DNA from: a virus
Reading direction: 5' to 3' (one strand)
DNA: 64,000 bases
Virus record (IMG/VR): IMGVR_UViG_3300032322_001295
Location: 23,878-87,877 of that record
Part shown: positions 26,850 to 37,199 of the stretch, in pieces
Position numbering within the stretch: the stretch's first letter is position 1
Layout: the number at the start of each line of letters is the position of its first letter
The notes under the pieces: generated by a model
What the model was told of the DNA's origin: nothing
Seen by the model: only the letters and a program-made list of their open reading frames with translations
The model's database searches: none
Translations under genes and position numbers: made by a program

Positions 26850-27276
26850 CTCAAACAAAGTACGTTCTTTCTTTCAAAAGAAAAAACAAATATTTGTAGA
26901 TGGTTGCTGCGAAGTTACAGAACCTTGTTGCCCTAATGTAGTTTTAGGAAGATATAAAGTTTATTTTGATGATGGCACTATTCCAGTAGAAATTACTGAT
27001 GGACTTTCGTTTTATAAAACACTTGCAAATGGAACAAAATGGGTATTTTATTTAGAAACTATAGGACCGGTTGATGTTGATATTATTAATATACTTGTTA
27101 CACCATCTGTACTTAATACAGTTGTAAATACTCCTGGCACTGCTGTATATCCACCAGGTTTAGGTTTTTATCCTATAATTCAATCTGGTGTTGGTTTTGC
27201 TGGAGGCAACTTTACAGTTACAATTGTAACAGATAGCGGAAACTTTACTTTTACTGCAAACATAACAATGATATAA
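26833..27276 (+). CDS. Putative virion decoration protein (Cys-rich N-terminus + Ig-like beta domain)
   Basis: GCCEVTEPCCP followed by a beta-rich domain. Confidence 0.5.
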   Translation: MARMFNSNKVRSFFQKKKQIFVDGCCEVTEPCCPNVVLGRYKVYFDDGTIPVEITDGLSFYKTLANGTKWVFYLETIGPVDVDIINILVTPSVLNTVVNTPGTAVYPPGLGFYPIIQSGVGFAGGNFTVTIVTDSGNFTFTANITMI

Positions 27277-27278
27277 TT

Positions 27279-27776
27279 ATGGCAATATTTTCTAAAAACG
27301 CTAACCGCGCTGCTTTATTTGGCAAGCAAAAACTATATGACAAATGCTGCACTCCAGAGGTAGAAGAGTGTTGCTATTCAACAGATCCTTTACCAAGACC
27401 TCCAGCTCCTCCATGTCAAGAATGTGGAATGAATATAGATAAGTTTATGATAATAGATGGAGTAGAATATGAAATTGGAACTCCTGGTTTATCTTTTGAC
27501 ATATCATTGTTACCATTTACTATTGAAGTGTATTTTGAAAATAAAAATCCTTTATGTAATGCAAATTTTCAAGGAAGAATAACAGGAGACACAAGTGAAC
27601 CAAATGTAACTATTAATACACTAGGATTATCAGTAATAGCGCCAAATTCTATTGAACTAGTAGCAACAGTAAATGTAACTAATGGAGTCATTGCAGGAAC
27701 ATATTCTTTTTCTATTTATTATAAGCTTTGTGATGATAATTATGTTGCAACACAATCATTTGAAATAACTGATTAA
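27279..27776 (+). CDS. Putative virion decoration protein (Cys-rich N-terminus + Ig-like beta domain)
   Basis: KCCTPEVEECCY...CQEC followed by ...AGTYSFSIYY, an Ig-like strand pattern. Confidence 0.5.
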   Translation: MAIFSKNANRAALFGKQKLYDKCCTPEVEECCYSTDPLPRPPAPPCQECGMNIDKFMIIDGVEYEIGTPGLSFDISLLPFTIEVYFENKNPLCNANFQGRITGDTSEPNVTINTLGLSVIAPNSIELVATVNVTNGVIAGTYSFSIYYKLCDDNYVATQSFEITD

Positions 27777-27778
27777 TA

Positions 27779-29920
27779 ATGGCAAATAACGTCATAGACA
27801 TTGCCGGATATAAAATAAATGCTCAATCAAATATTATTCTTGATGGCACTAAACCAGTCAACAAAAGATATTATAGATCTTCTTTGTTGCCTGAGAACAT
27901 ATCCTGCTATGACGACCACATGTGTAAGTTTCAAAACGTAGAGTTGTTTCAGCCAGTTATTTATGACCTTGACAACCCTATGCCAAAATACAATCGCGCG
28001 TGGGAAGTATATGACAATCCAAATATTAAAAAGAAAAAATTGATACGTATTAACTTTCCAAGGCATTACATGGAATGGTGGTACGAGCAGCGCAGAAGAT
28101 GTATCGATGGTTACACTACTGGCGGTGTATATCTTACTGGGGCAAACTATTGGTATTTAAACTTTTGGCGCATTAAGACTAAAGAGAAAGGTGCCGGTCT
28201 TATACCGCCAAGGTTTATTGACATGGACAAAGAGTTTTTTGATTTACTAGAACAAGCAAAAACAAATGACAAAAACTTATTATGCCTTAAGCGACGTCAG
28301 ATTGGTTTTACAGAAAAAATGGCAGCGTTATGCGCGCTCGAAGCATTACTATATCCATCATCGCAGACGCTAATAGTTGCTGGTCTTGATGATTACGCTA
28401 TTAACTGTTTCAATAAAGTTGTTATGGGTATTGATGCTTTGTCGCCATACTCACAAGAGCAATCAGGCAGAGAGTTCTTTAAGCGTAAGCTAAAAGATAT
28501 TCCCCAATATGTTAAGTTTGGCTTTGAAGCAACAAGTGTACAGAAAGGATATTTGTCAGAGATATTTGCCATCACTACTAAAGACAACGCACAAGCCGCA
28601 TCTGGTAAATCTCCTACCTTAGTGTTTATGGAAGAAGCTGGTATCAATCCGCTTTTAAAGCGTGTGTACAATATGATACAGCCATCTATTGAAGAAAATG
28701 GTAAACAAAATGGGCGTATTAATGTCATAGTTGGTACCGGTGGTGAAATGAAAAAAGGTGTAGCAGATCTTATGGATATGTTTTACAAACCAGACAAGTA
28801 TAATCTTTTGGCAGTGCAAAACATTTATGAGCCTGGCGCAGAAAATACAAGATGTTGTCCGTTTTTTCCTGCGTGGTATTTTTATGTTATGGATAACGAT
28901 GGCAATAGCTATAAAGAACCATCATTAGAACTTATTAAGCAGAAGCGTAAAAAGATTGGTAACAACAAAAAGGATTTGCACGAAAACAAAACACAGATGC
29001 CATTAACTCCAACTGAGGCGTTTAGTTCATCTGGATTGTCACCATTCAATACAGAAAAGTTAGAAAGGCAATTGCAAAAGTTATTGTCTGAAGAGTGGGA
29101 AGATAAGTTACAGCAAGGTAAGTTTGAAGAAATAGTAGAGAATAGTAAAATAGTTGGTGTGCGTTGGATTGCAGCGCCAATGGGCATGGAAGATGCAATA
29201 GATCATGAGGGTGACTTTATGTATCCATTTATTATTGTTGAACATCCTGATAGGCCCGAACACGTAAGTTCTGTTGGATATGAATATTACACTGGTTCTG
29301 GAAATATTCAAGGTTTGTATGGTGCCGGCACTGACTCTTACGATAAAGACGAAGCAAACGCATCAGATTCTGAAGGTTCATTTGTTGTGATGAAAGGATA
29401 TCACTCATCAAACAAAACATCAATGATGCCTGTTGCTAGATTGACATGGCGCCCGGTAAAGAAAGAAAAGTTTTACAAACAGACAGCATTGGCTTGTATG
29501 TATTATGGCGATTGCGAGAACTTGATAGAGTGGTCAAACATTGCTATTTTTGACTGGTACAAAAATAATGACTTTGACCATTTGTTGAAAGAAAGGCCCG
29601 AAATAGCTTATGCTACAATAAAGGATAGTAAAGTAAATAATAGATTTGGTGTTGACCCTAATACTAAACCGGTATGGATTGAACACTTTTCATCTTATGT
29701 GGAAGATTATGCAGACAATATATATGACCTTGTAATAGTTCAAAAGCTAAGAGATTTTCGCTCTAAAGATCATAACTGTGACATTACCATATCAGTTATG
29801 TTAGCATATGAAGGTATATTGGATGACATAAAAAAAGGTTATGATAAGGTGGTAGAGTCAACAAATAGTATTATGTTTACAGGATTTATGAAAAGAAACG
29901 GCAGATTACAAAGAGTATGA
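27779..29920 (+). CDS. terL: Terminase large subunit
   Basis: WWYEQRRRCIDGY...YWYLNF; Walker A LKRRQIGFT; Walker B VFMEEAG; GTGG; nuclease AGTDSYD. The pattern is crAss-like. Confidence 0.96.
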   Translation: MANNVIDIAGYKINAQSNIILDGTKPVNKRYYRSSLLPENISCYDDHMCKFQNVELFQPVIYDLDNPMPKYNRAWEVYDNPNIKKKKLIRINFPRHYMEWWYEQRRRCIDGYTTGGVYLTGANYWYLNFWRIKTKEKGAGLIPPRFIDMDKEFFDLLEQAKTNDKNLLCLKRRQIGFTEKMAALCALEALLYPSSQTLIVAGLDDYAINCFNKVVMGIDALSPYSQEQSGREFFKRKLKDIPQYVKFGFEATSVQKGYLSEIFAITTKDNAQAASGKSPTLVFMEEAGINPLLKRVYNMIQPSIEENGKQNGRINVIVGTGGEMKKGVADLMDMFYKPDKYNLLAVQNIYEPGAENTRCCPFFPAWYFYVMDNDGNSYKEPSLELIKQKRKKIGNNKKDLHENKTQMPLTPTEAFSSSGLSPFNTEKLERQLQKLLSEEWEDKLQQGKFEEIVENSKIVGVRWIAAPMGMEDAIDHEGDFMYPFIIVEHPDRPEHVSSVGYEYYTGSGNIQGLYGAGTDSYDKDEANASDSEGSFVVMKGYHSSNKTSMMPVARLTWRPVKKEKFYKQTALACMYYGDCENLIEWSNIAIFDWYKNNDFDHLLKERPEIAYATIKDSKVNNRFGVDPNTKPVWIEHFSSYVEDYADNIYDLVIVQKLRDFRSKDHNCDITISVMLAYEGILDDIKKGYDKVVESTNSIMFTGFMKRNGRLQRV

Positions 29921-32535
29921 TATACGGAGAGTTTTATCCAGTGCCATTAGAGAGCTTACCAAAAGACGAGCAGGAAAAATATGCTAAGTCTTTAATGGAT
30001 AGCTATATAGAACAGAATCACAGGGATGGTGGGCTTCAAATGAATGTGCCACTTGAAAGCACTTCTGTTCGTTCTCGCATGGACAAAATAACCTATTGCC
30101 GCGCTCTTTGGAATAACGAACTTGATGATGCAAGGTTTGGTTATCTGTACAATAAGATAGACAAGCAGGTTCATGACAGTCAATCTGGAATAGATGATAT
30201 TATTACTCTTGAGATGCCTGCACGTGTACGTAACATTCCAATAGTAAGACCAAAGCTACAAGCACTTATATCTGAAGAAATGTCAAGACCTGTTGTTACC
30301 AAAGTAATTGGAATGACAGATGAAATAGTTGGCAAGAAATTAGAAAACATTAAGAATGACATTTTAGATAAGCAACTGCAAAAGATAAAGCAGAATCAAC
30401 TTATAAATGCTACCAATCGAGCTTTGCTACAAATGCAACAGCAAATGATGCAGCAGTTAGCGCAGGATCCTCAGGCGCAACAGATGATTATTCAGATGCA
30501 AGTTGAATTAGAGCATTTGCAAAACTTACTACAAAATGACATTGTAATAACAGGTGAAGAAGTAAGAAGAATCAGAGAATATTATCAGTATTCACATAAA
30601 GAGTTTGAGGAAAAGCTTTGTTCGCAAGCATTAGAAGAGTTTGTAGACAGCAAAAGGTTACGACACTTAATGAATAACTTCTTTGAGGAAATGATGATTA
30701 CCGGTGAACCTATTTGGTATTGCGACTGGGAGCCTGGATTATCTGAACCCGAAGTTAGACTAATAAGACCTGAATATCTTTGGTATCAAGCAAACGAAGC
30801 GGCAAAGTATTTACACGAACTAGACTGGATAGTAGAATATAGTCCAATGTCAATAGGACAAGTTATTCAATATTACGGAGCAGACATAACAGAAGAAAAC
30901 TTAGAAACATTAAGAAGCGAGTTTCCAATGTTTTCGCAAGATGCGTGGTACAGAACAAATCTTACTAACTTTCCAGATGGCAGTCCATCGGGTTGGTATA
31001 GTGGTAATGATTATTTGTACTCACACCAAGTAGACACTTATAAAGTAAATTGGAAAGAACAAGTTGAAGTTTATGCATTGTATTCAGAAAACAAAAACTA
31101 TACTCCCTACTTCTCGGAGAAGCCGCCTTTCGTTAAATTCCTCACGCCGGAAGAGTATAAAGATCTTACTGCCACAGAATCAAAAAGAAAACGTCTTGAA
31201 AAAAAAGGACAGAAAATACTTAAAGCATATCGTGTTGACAGATGGTCAGGTGTCCGAATAGGAACAATGACTTACATTAAAATAAAAAAACATGATTTTC
31301 AATATCGCACTCATGACAGGCTTTCAGACATTGCGTTACCATACATAGGATTTGCTAACAACAGATTCTATAAAGCATATTCTCCGTTATGGGAAACTAA
31401 AGACATTCAGGAACTGTACAACATACTGCATTATCAAGAAGAACTCTTGATTGCATTATCTGGTGTTAAAGGTATTATTTATGACCTATCGCAAATGCCA
31501 AGCGGTATGACACCACAAGAGGTAATGTACTACATGAAACAAGGTCTTGGTTTGATCGAAACGGTTAAACCAAATGGTAAAGCAGTACGTACTTCTTTTA
31601 ATCAGTTTGCTACATACGATATGACTGTATCTCCTGCAATACAATCAATAATGATTATTAAGGAATCACTCAATACATTAGCTGGTGAGATTACTGGGGT
31701 AACAAGACAAAAGACAGGACAGGTACTTGCATCAGATCAAGTAGGTACATCGCAAATGGCATTGGCGCAATCTAATGTTGTTACTGAGTATTACTTTATG
31801 AAAACCGATGAACTAAATGAACTTTTATTTACTAGACTTTGTAACATATTTCCATACGCATACGCGGAAGGTAAGCGTGGTATGTACGTAGTAGGCAAAG
31901 AAAGACAAGAAATACTAAACATACAAAAAGATCAATTGAAAGGAGAGTTTAGAACTATAGTAAACTCAGGTAGCAAAGAACGTGAGATAATGCGTACGGC
32001 AAAACAGATGGCTCAGATGAAGTTCCAACAAGGACAGATAGGTGCTTCTGATTTTCTTGATTTACTAGATACTGATACTATGTTTGAAATGCGCAAACTA
32101 TTAAAAGATGCAGAACAACGCGTATTAGAAACTACTCAAAAAATGCAAAGCGATTCTGCAGAACAACAGAAACAAGCACAGATAGAAGTTGAGCAAATGA
32201 AGATGCAGATGCAACAACAAATAGCACAAATGTCTAGTCAAGTTGAAGGGCAACTATTACAACTTAAAGGACAAATAGACTTGCAAAAAGAGCAAATGAA
32301 AATACAAAACGCACAGACTCAAATGCAAGTACAACAACAAGCAGAACAACAAAAATTAGAAATAGAACAAGAAAAAGTAGAAAACGAGAAACAAGTTGAG
32401 TTAGCTTATCTTAACTTTGCATATACAGAACTCGAGGTTAATGCGACGAACCAACGAGCACAGATGCTGATAAATAGAGCGAAAACAGCACTAGAAATGA
32501 AATCGTCCGCTAAAAAAGAACGTGTAAAAGACTAA
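29917..32535 (+). CDS. Portal protein
   Basis: Directly follows TerL; 872 aa; RNIPIVRPKLQALISEE...RP; GVTRQKTGQ...QVG motif; Gln-rich C-terminus. Confidence 0.92.
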   Translation: MIYGEFYPVPLESLPKDEQEKYAKSLMDSYIEQNHRDGGLQMNVPLESTSVRSRMDKITYCRALWNNELDDARFGYLYNKIDKQVHDSQSGIDDIITLEMPARVRNIPIVRPKLQALISEEMSRPVVTKVIGMTDEIVGKKLENIKNDILDKQLQKIKQNQLINATNRALLQMQQQMMQQLAQDPQAQQMIIQMQVELEHLQNLLQNDIVITGEEVRRIREYYQYSHKEFEEKLCSQALEEFVDSKRLRHLMNNFFEEMMITGEPIWYCDWEPGLSEPEVRLIRPEYLWYQANEAAKYLHELDWIVEYSPMSIGQVIQYYGADITEENLETLRSEFPMFSQDAWYRTNLTNFPDGSPSGWYSGNDYLYSHQVDTYKVNWKEQVEVYALYSENKNYTPYFSEKPPFVKFLTPEEYKDLTATESKRKRLEKKGQKILKAYRVDRWSGVRIGTMTYIKIKKHDFQYRTHDRLSDIALPYIGFANNRFYKAYSPLWETKDIQELYNILHYQEELLIALSGVKGIIYDLSQMPSGMTPQEVMYYMKQGLGLIETVKPNGKAVRTSFNQFATYDMTVSPAIQSIMIIKESLNTLAGEITGVTRQKTGQVLASDQVGTSQMALAQSNVVTEYYFMKTDELNELLFTRLCNIFPYAYAEGKRGMYVVGKERQEILNIQKDQLKGEFRTIVNSGSKEREIMRTAKQMAQMKFQQGQIGASDFLDLLDTDTMFEMRKLLKDAEQRVLETTQKMQSDSAEQQKQAQIEVEQMKMQMQQQIAQMSSQVEGQLLQLKGQIDLQKEQMKIQNAQTQMQVQQQAEQQKLEIEQEKVENEKQVELAYLNFAYTELEVNATNQRAQMLINRAKTALEMKSSAKKERVKD

Positions 32536-32539
32536 GAAC

Positions 32540-33673
32540 ATGGAAAACGAAAACAACTTTGTAGACACATCGGGTGCAGATTTTGCCACTCAGTTTAAAG
32601 CTCCTGATATGGATTTTCAGGATGACTTCTTTGGTGACGAAGGATTACAAGAACAAGATGATGTTCAAGAAAACTTTGATGAGTTTGATAATCCAATCGA
32701 TAATGACGATAATGATTATCAAAACAATAATAATGATAACAATTCTGAAAATACTACTGGAAACCCGGTATTAGATTCTTATTTGCAATGGGCCATAGAA
32801 AGAAATATCGATGTAAGAAATCAAGGCATTGATGTAGATAACTTTGATGCCGATGCAATGGATAAATTAGTAGGTGAATACTATATCCAAAAGAAACTTG
32901 GTGGCGTAGACCCTCGCATAGCAGAACTATCTGAGCAAGGTATAAGTCTTGACGAGTACATGCAGCATAAAAACTATTTGCAAGGTATTGCCAATCAAGA
33001 TCCAGTACAGTTGTACAAGGCATCAATGTATGACCATTTGCTTAAATCAGAATCGCAACTAGGTTCTATTAACGTAGATCAATATGGTAATCCTGATGAT
33101 GCAAGTATGAGATATCTTGTAAATGAAGTAGAGCGTAGAGTACAAAATATGAATCCAGATGCTATTAAACAGAGAGGACAGCAGATTCAACAGTCTTACA
33201 TGCAGGAAATAAATAGACTTCCTGATAACTTAATTCAGCAACAACAACAGAAATATACATCCGAACTTCAGAGGTATAACACCGAAGTCGAAGAGCTTAC
33301 AAGTTTATTTAAAGATAGGCTTTCAAAAAGTGATAATCTTGTCATTGACTTCTCAGGCCAGTCCGAGAAAGATGATTTTATCAATTATATGAAACAGAAT
33401 CTTGAAATACACAATTATCAAGGTCAGCAGGTGGTGCCCCTGTTACACCGATTGCAAAACGACGCTGAATATTTGGCCACTACTATGAGGTTGTTGCACA
33501 TGCACGATAAAGGTTATTTCACAGACTTGAAAAATATGGAGCGCAACGCTGCATTCAAAAAGTTAAGTGTAACACCAGTATTGAGCAAAAACTCTAAACA
33601 ACAATCAACGGGCGGACCTGGAAAGTATGTAGATACATCTGACCCGAATTATTTAAAAAGATTTAAACGCTAA
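32540..33673 (+). CDS. Acidic scaffold-like protein (conserved crAss-like gene upstream of the MCP)
   Basis: D/N-rich N-terminus, helical C-terminus, located between portal and MCP. Confidence 0.6.
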   Translation: MENENNFVDTSGADFATQFKAPDMDFQDDFFGDEGLQEQDDVQENFDEFDNPIDNDDNDYQNNNNDNNSENTTGNPVLDSYLQWAIERNIDVRNQGIDVDNFDADAMDKLVGEYYIQKKLGGVDPRIAELSEQGISLDEYMQHKNYLQGIANQDPVQLYKASMYDHLLKSESQLGSINVDQYGNPDDASMRYLVNEVERRVQNMNPDAIKQRGQQIQQSYMQEINRLPDNLIQQQQQKYTSELQRYNTEVEELTSLFKDRLSKSDNLVIDFSGQSEKDDFINYMKQNLEIHNYQGQQVVPLLHRLQNDAEYLATTMRLLHMHDKGYFTDLKNMERNAAFKKLSVTPVLSKNSKQQSTGGPGKYVDTSDPNYLKRFKR

Positions 33674-33678
33674 AAAAA

Positions 33679-35241
33679 ATGGGACTCGAAAAGTTTGGCG
33701 TAGCCGGACGAGTTGTTGTAGGTAATCCACGTGATTTGACTAACTTCAAAATGACAGACTACAATAACCTCCGCAATATCGCAGCAGTTCGCCCTGACGT
33801 TATTCAGGGACTATTCAAACATTTTTCTGAAAGAACAGGTATGATTACCGAGCTTCTTTATTACATGAAAAGTAACTACGATCCAACTGTAGAAAGATTT
33901 AAGCAACAGAACTTTGGTCAGCAAAAATCAGCATGGGCAAAGAACTTCAAGATGCTTAACAATCTTGAATACGCTTGGTGTTCTCCTGCACCTTCAGGAT
34001 GGGTGTATCGTATTACTACTGCTCCTGACGATGACAATGGTTTTGTTGGTCGTTACCATCGTGAGTTTTACTTTAATGTAAACAAACAACTTGGTGACAA
34101 AGATGATGTATTATTGCTTGCCGATGGTACTACACAAATCATCATTACCAAACAACCAGAAGCACAAGCTGACGGAACACTTCGCATTCGTGCAAGACTT
34201 CTTACTAAAGAAGGAGAATGGGGTCAAGCTATTCCAATATACTTACTTGAAGTAGGTCAAGAAGTATCACCTCCTATCTACAACATGAAGCCTGAAGCAT
34301 CAGAGCATGGTAGCAAAAGCCGTGTATCTTTTGGCGAATGGCATCGTGGTTGGATGACAACTATGCGTTGGGAATGGAACATCACAGGTCATGCTGCTCA
34401 CGTTAAAACCGACAAATCTCCAATGGGTATCGTTTACACAAACGACAAAGGAGAAATCGAGAATTACTGGACAGAAACTTGGAGATACCAAATGTGGAAA
34501 AATGCTTACGAGCATATGGACAATCAGTTGTTCTGGGGTATGTCATACACCGACAATGAAGGTCGCTTCCAAAAAGATGAGCGTGGCTACCGCTATTACT
34601 CTGGTATGGGTATCTATCATCAGGCAAATCGCCGTTTAAAGCGCGAGTATGTCAAGATGAATGATTTTTCTATCCTTGATGACCTTATCAAAGGCATGTA
34701 CAATGATTCAATCGAAACTGGTGTTAAGCCTGAGATTTTCTTATGTGCTGGCCTTGAATTAAGAACTGACATTGACCGTTTGATTCGTAATGAGTTCAAA
34801 GGTTCTCCTGAGGTTCTTTACTTTGATGGCAAAGGAAACTACCAAGCTGGTGGCACTGGCAATGAAACTATGGGTATTCGTTCTAATTTCCGTTACTACG
34901 AAACTCCTGCAGGTAAAATAATCGTATCAGATTGTCCATATTTTGACAGAAAAGGTATGCCAAGCACTCGTACAAGCGAAGGTAATCGTGAGCAATCTCA
35001 TCGTGGTATTTTGGTTAACCTTGCTAAAATGCGTGGTGGTCAAGATGCAATGACTATGGTTACTCTACAAGGCCGTCAAAATGTTGTTGGTAAAGTACAC
35101 GGTATGTCAGATCCTGGACCCGGTGGTGCATTAACAACTACAGCTGACGTACAAGGTGAGCACATGCTTACAATGCAGGGTATTGCTTTGCATAACCCTA
35201 ACTGTATGGCAGAGCTTAAACTTGCTCGCGGTCGTCGATAG
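33679..35241 (+). CDS. Major capsid protein (HK97 fold, crAss-like)
   Basis: 520 aa; synteny; codon bias of a highly expressed gene; motifs MTTMRWEWNITG, DNQLFWG, YYSGMGIYHQ and FRYYETPAG. Confidence 0.9.
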   Translation: MGLEKFGVAGRVVVGNPRDLTNFKMTDYNNLRNIAAVRPDVIQGLFKHFSERTGMITELLYYMKSNYDPTVERFKQQNFGQQKSAWAKNFKMLNNLEYAWCSPAPSGWVYRITTAPDDDNGFVGRYHREFYFNVNKQLGDKDDVLLLADGTTQIIITKQPEAQADGTLRIRARLLTKEGEWGQAIPIYLLEVGQEVSPPIYNMKPEASEHGSKSRVSFGEWHRGWMTTMRWEWNITGHAAHVKTDKSPMGIVYTNDKGEIENYWTETWRYQMWKNAYEHMDNQLFWGMSYTDNEGRFQKDERGYRYYSGMGIYHQANRRLKREYVKMNDFSILDDLIKGMYNDSIETGVKPEIFLCAGLELRTDIDRLIRNEFKGSPEVLYFDGKGNYQAGGTGNETMGIRSNFRYYETPAGKIIVSDCPYFDRKGMPSTRTSEGNREQSHRGILVNLAKMRGGQDAMTMVTLQGRQNVVGKVHGMSDPGPGGALTTTADVQGEHMLTMQGIALHNPNCMAELKLARGRR

Positions 35242-35258
35242 TATTTATTAACTTAAAA

Positions 35259-36458
35259 GTGAAACAGATTATGAACAATGCAATTTTTTATCCAAAACAA
35301 CACGAAGAACTTTTAAGAAAGGCAGGACTACTTGGAACTGGTTTTCTTGAAGTCAGAGCGGTACAAAGGTACAAAATACAAAATGTTAGCGAAGATGGTA
35401 TTACTTTTCGTGAAGAGAAAAGACCTGAAATAGATGACATAGCAACAGGCAATACATCACCAGTTTTTGACAGTTCTGGTTTGATTGCTGGCTATTGGGC
35501 AAATGGTCTCACATCGGAAGAAAAGAGAATCATTAACGAGGAGTGTGGTGTTCCATTCTTTTATTTGAATGAGCCAAACAATCCACTAACAGGAAAGCCT
35601 TACCACCCTGACACAGTTCTTTCTTTAAACGAAGGGCAACTTTTTAATCTTTCTAATCCGCGCGATGTAGCTTATGTGCGTGTTCTTTTTGAGGTTGTAT
35701 CTACAATCGGCAAAGACAAGCAAGAAGCTATGGACCATGGAGCATTCTTTTATTTCTTTTCTAAAGAAGAAGAAAAGCAGGAGAAAGAGAAAGAAATAAA
35801 AAAGAGAAAAGGTGCTGCTGCACTCATTGACAAACTTAGCAAAAAACAGAAACGTGACTGTGTAAGAATACTTATTCTTGATGGTGACTATCCTGCCGAT
35901 CCTTATATTAATGAAGACATTGCTGAGGAAATCTTTGATGAGGTTGCATTTTCTATGCCTTACGAAGTGTTGCGTGCTTATGATACTGAAAAGAAAGAAA
36001 ACTATATTTGTGCTAAAGCATTGATACATTCAGGTCATATTGAAGCAAATAGTATTGATGGTCCATACTTTAAAAACCCAACGGTTTATGGACAGAAAAC
36101 ACATCTTGCTGATAGCTTAAGCGAACTGATGGTTAAAATCGATACGCATTTTGACTTGATGAAAGCTTACAGGGAACTTGAAGGTATTGTTGTTGGCGAA
36201 AACAGAATCGAAAAAGAAAGATTCATTCGTGACGCTGCATCTGTATCGTTTCTTTCCAAACATGGACTTTATGAAAAAGGAGAACAACCTAATGTTGCAG
36301 TTGTAGCAAAAAAGCAAGTTCCGGCAAATTTAAAGTTTATGAATGTAAAGCAGTTGATTGACTACATGGATAATGAAAATATTGTTCATGATTTCACAGA
36401 AAACTCAAACCTTAAGGAAGCAAAGGAATATCTGACTAACTACATCGATAATCAATAA
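35259..36458 (+). CDS. Conserved crAss-like structural-block protein (follows the MCP)
   Basis: Synteny; FNLSNPRD motif; C-terminal HeH-like segment. Confidence 0.6.
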   Translation: MKQIMNNAIFYPKQHEELLRKAGLLGTGFLEVRAVQRYKIQNVSEDGITFREEKRPEIDDIATGNTSPVFDSSGLIAGYWANGLTSEEKRIINEECGVPFFYLNEPNNPLTGKPYHPDTVLSLNEGQLFNLSNPRDVAYVRVLFEVVSTIGKDKQEAMDHGAFFYFFSKEEEKQEKEKEIKKRKGAAALIDKLSKKQKRDCVRILILDGDYPADPYINEDIAEEIFDEVAFSMPYEVLRAYDTEKKENYICAKALIHSGHIEANSIDGPYFKNPTVYGQKTHLADSLSELMVKIDTHFDLMKAYRELEGIVVGENRIEKERFIRDAASVSFLSKHGLYEKGEQPNVAVVAKKQVPANLKFMNVKQLIDYMDNENIVHDFTENSNLKEAKEYLTNYIDNQ

Positions 36459-37180
36459 TGGTCCCAGTAGTTGAAGTATATAAGGCGGTACTTGCTGAAC
36501 TAAAGCATTACAATACCACTAGCATGACACCTGATGAGTTTAACTATCACATCTGGATAGCTACGCTAGAGTATGTCAAGAATAGGTATTGGGCCCACGA
36601 ACAGCATCAAAAACAGATAGACGATCTGTCTGTCATAAAGGTTGTAACAGATGGCATTGCAGGATTTCCTGCTCCATTGGTAAACCTTGGTCCTGCTGTT
36701 GCCGGCCAAGAATACGTACAACTTCCCGCCAACTATCTTCATCTATTGGCTGTATCTGTCAAGGTAAAGTATAAAAACCAACCTTGCGAAGTTGATAACA
36801 CTATATCTGGGTATATTTCTGCTACTCACTTGAAAGATGATTTTAGATTTACCATTGAAGATGACTATTACAAGAAGCCGTCTGCCGAATGGCCAAATCT
36901 TTACTACGATCAAAGAGGAAACAGACTTACATTCAGATGTGGAGACAGTATAGTTCAAGATGTAAAGATTGCATATTTACGATTGCCACAGCGTATAAAC
37001 TTTGATGTAACAAATCAAAACAATGTAAACTCAGAGTTTGCATGGCCTCAGACGCTTGAGATTGTAAAGCATTGTGTAATCTCTTATCTTGAAACCATTA
37101 AAGACCCAAGAGTACAGTCAATGCTTCCGATAACTGAAAGAAATTTTTTACAAACACCCCCGCCTAACGTACCAACGTAG
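36458..37180 (+). CDS. Tail ring or adaptor protein
   Basis: QIDDLSVI...LPANYLHLL...YLRLPQ...SEF...EIVKHCV: crAss-like ring-protein pattern. Confidence 0.75.
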   Translation: MVPVVEVYKAVLAELKHYNTTSMTPDEFNYHIWIATLEYVKNRYWAHEQHQKQIDDLSVIKVVTDGIAGFPAPLVNLGPAVAGQEYVQLPANYLHLLAVSVKVKYKNQPCEVDNTISGYISATHLKDDFRFTIEDDYYKKPSAEWPNLYYDQRGNRLTFRCGDSIVQDVKIAYLRLPQRINFDVTNQNNVNSEFAWPQTLEIVKHCVISYLETIKDPRVQSMLPITERNFLQTPPPNVPT

Positions 37181-37199
37181 CGGTAAATAATTTAATAAC

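Noticed and set aside
27779-35241. Introns or inteins in TerL, portal or MCP
   Set aside because: The ORFs are continuous and of ordinary length, with no intein or homing-endonuclease motifs.
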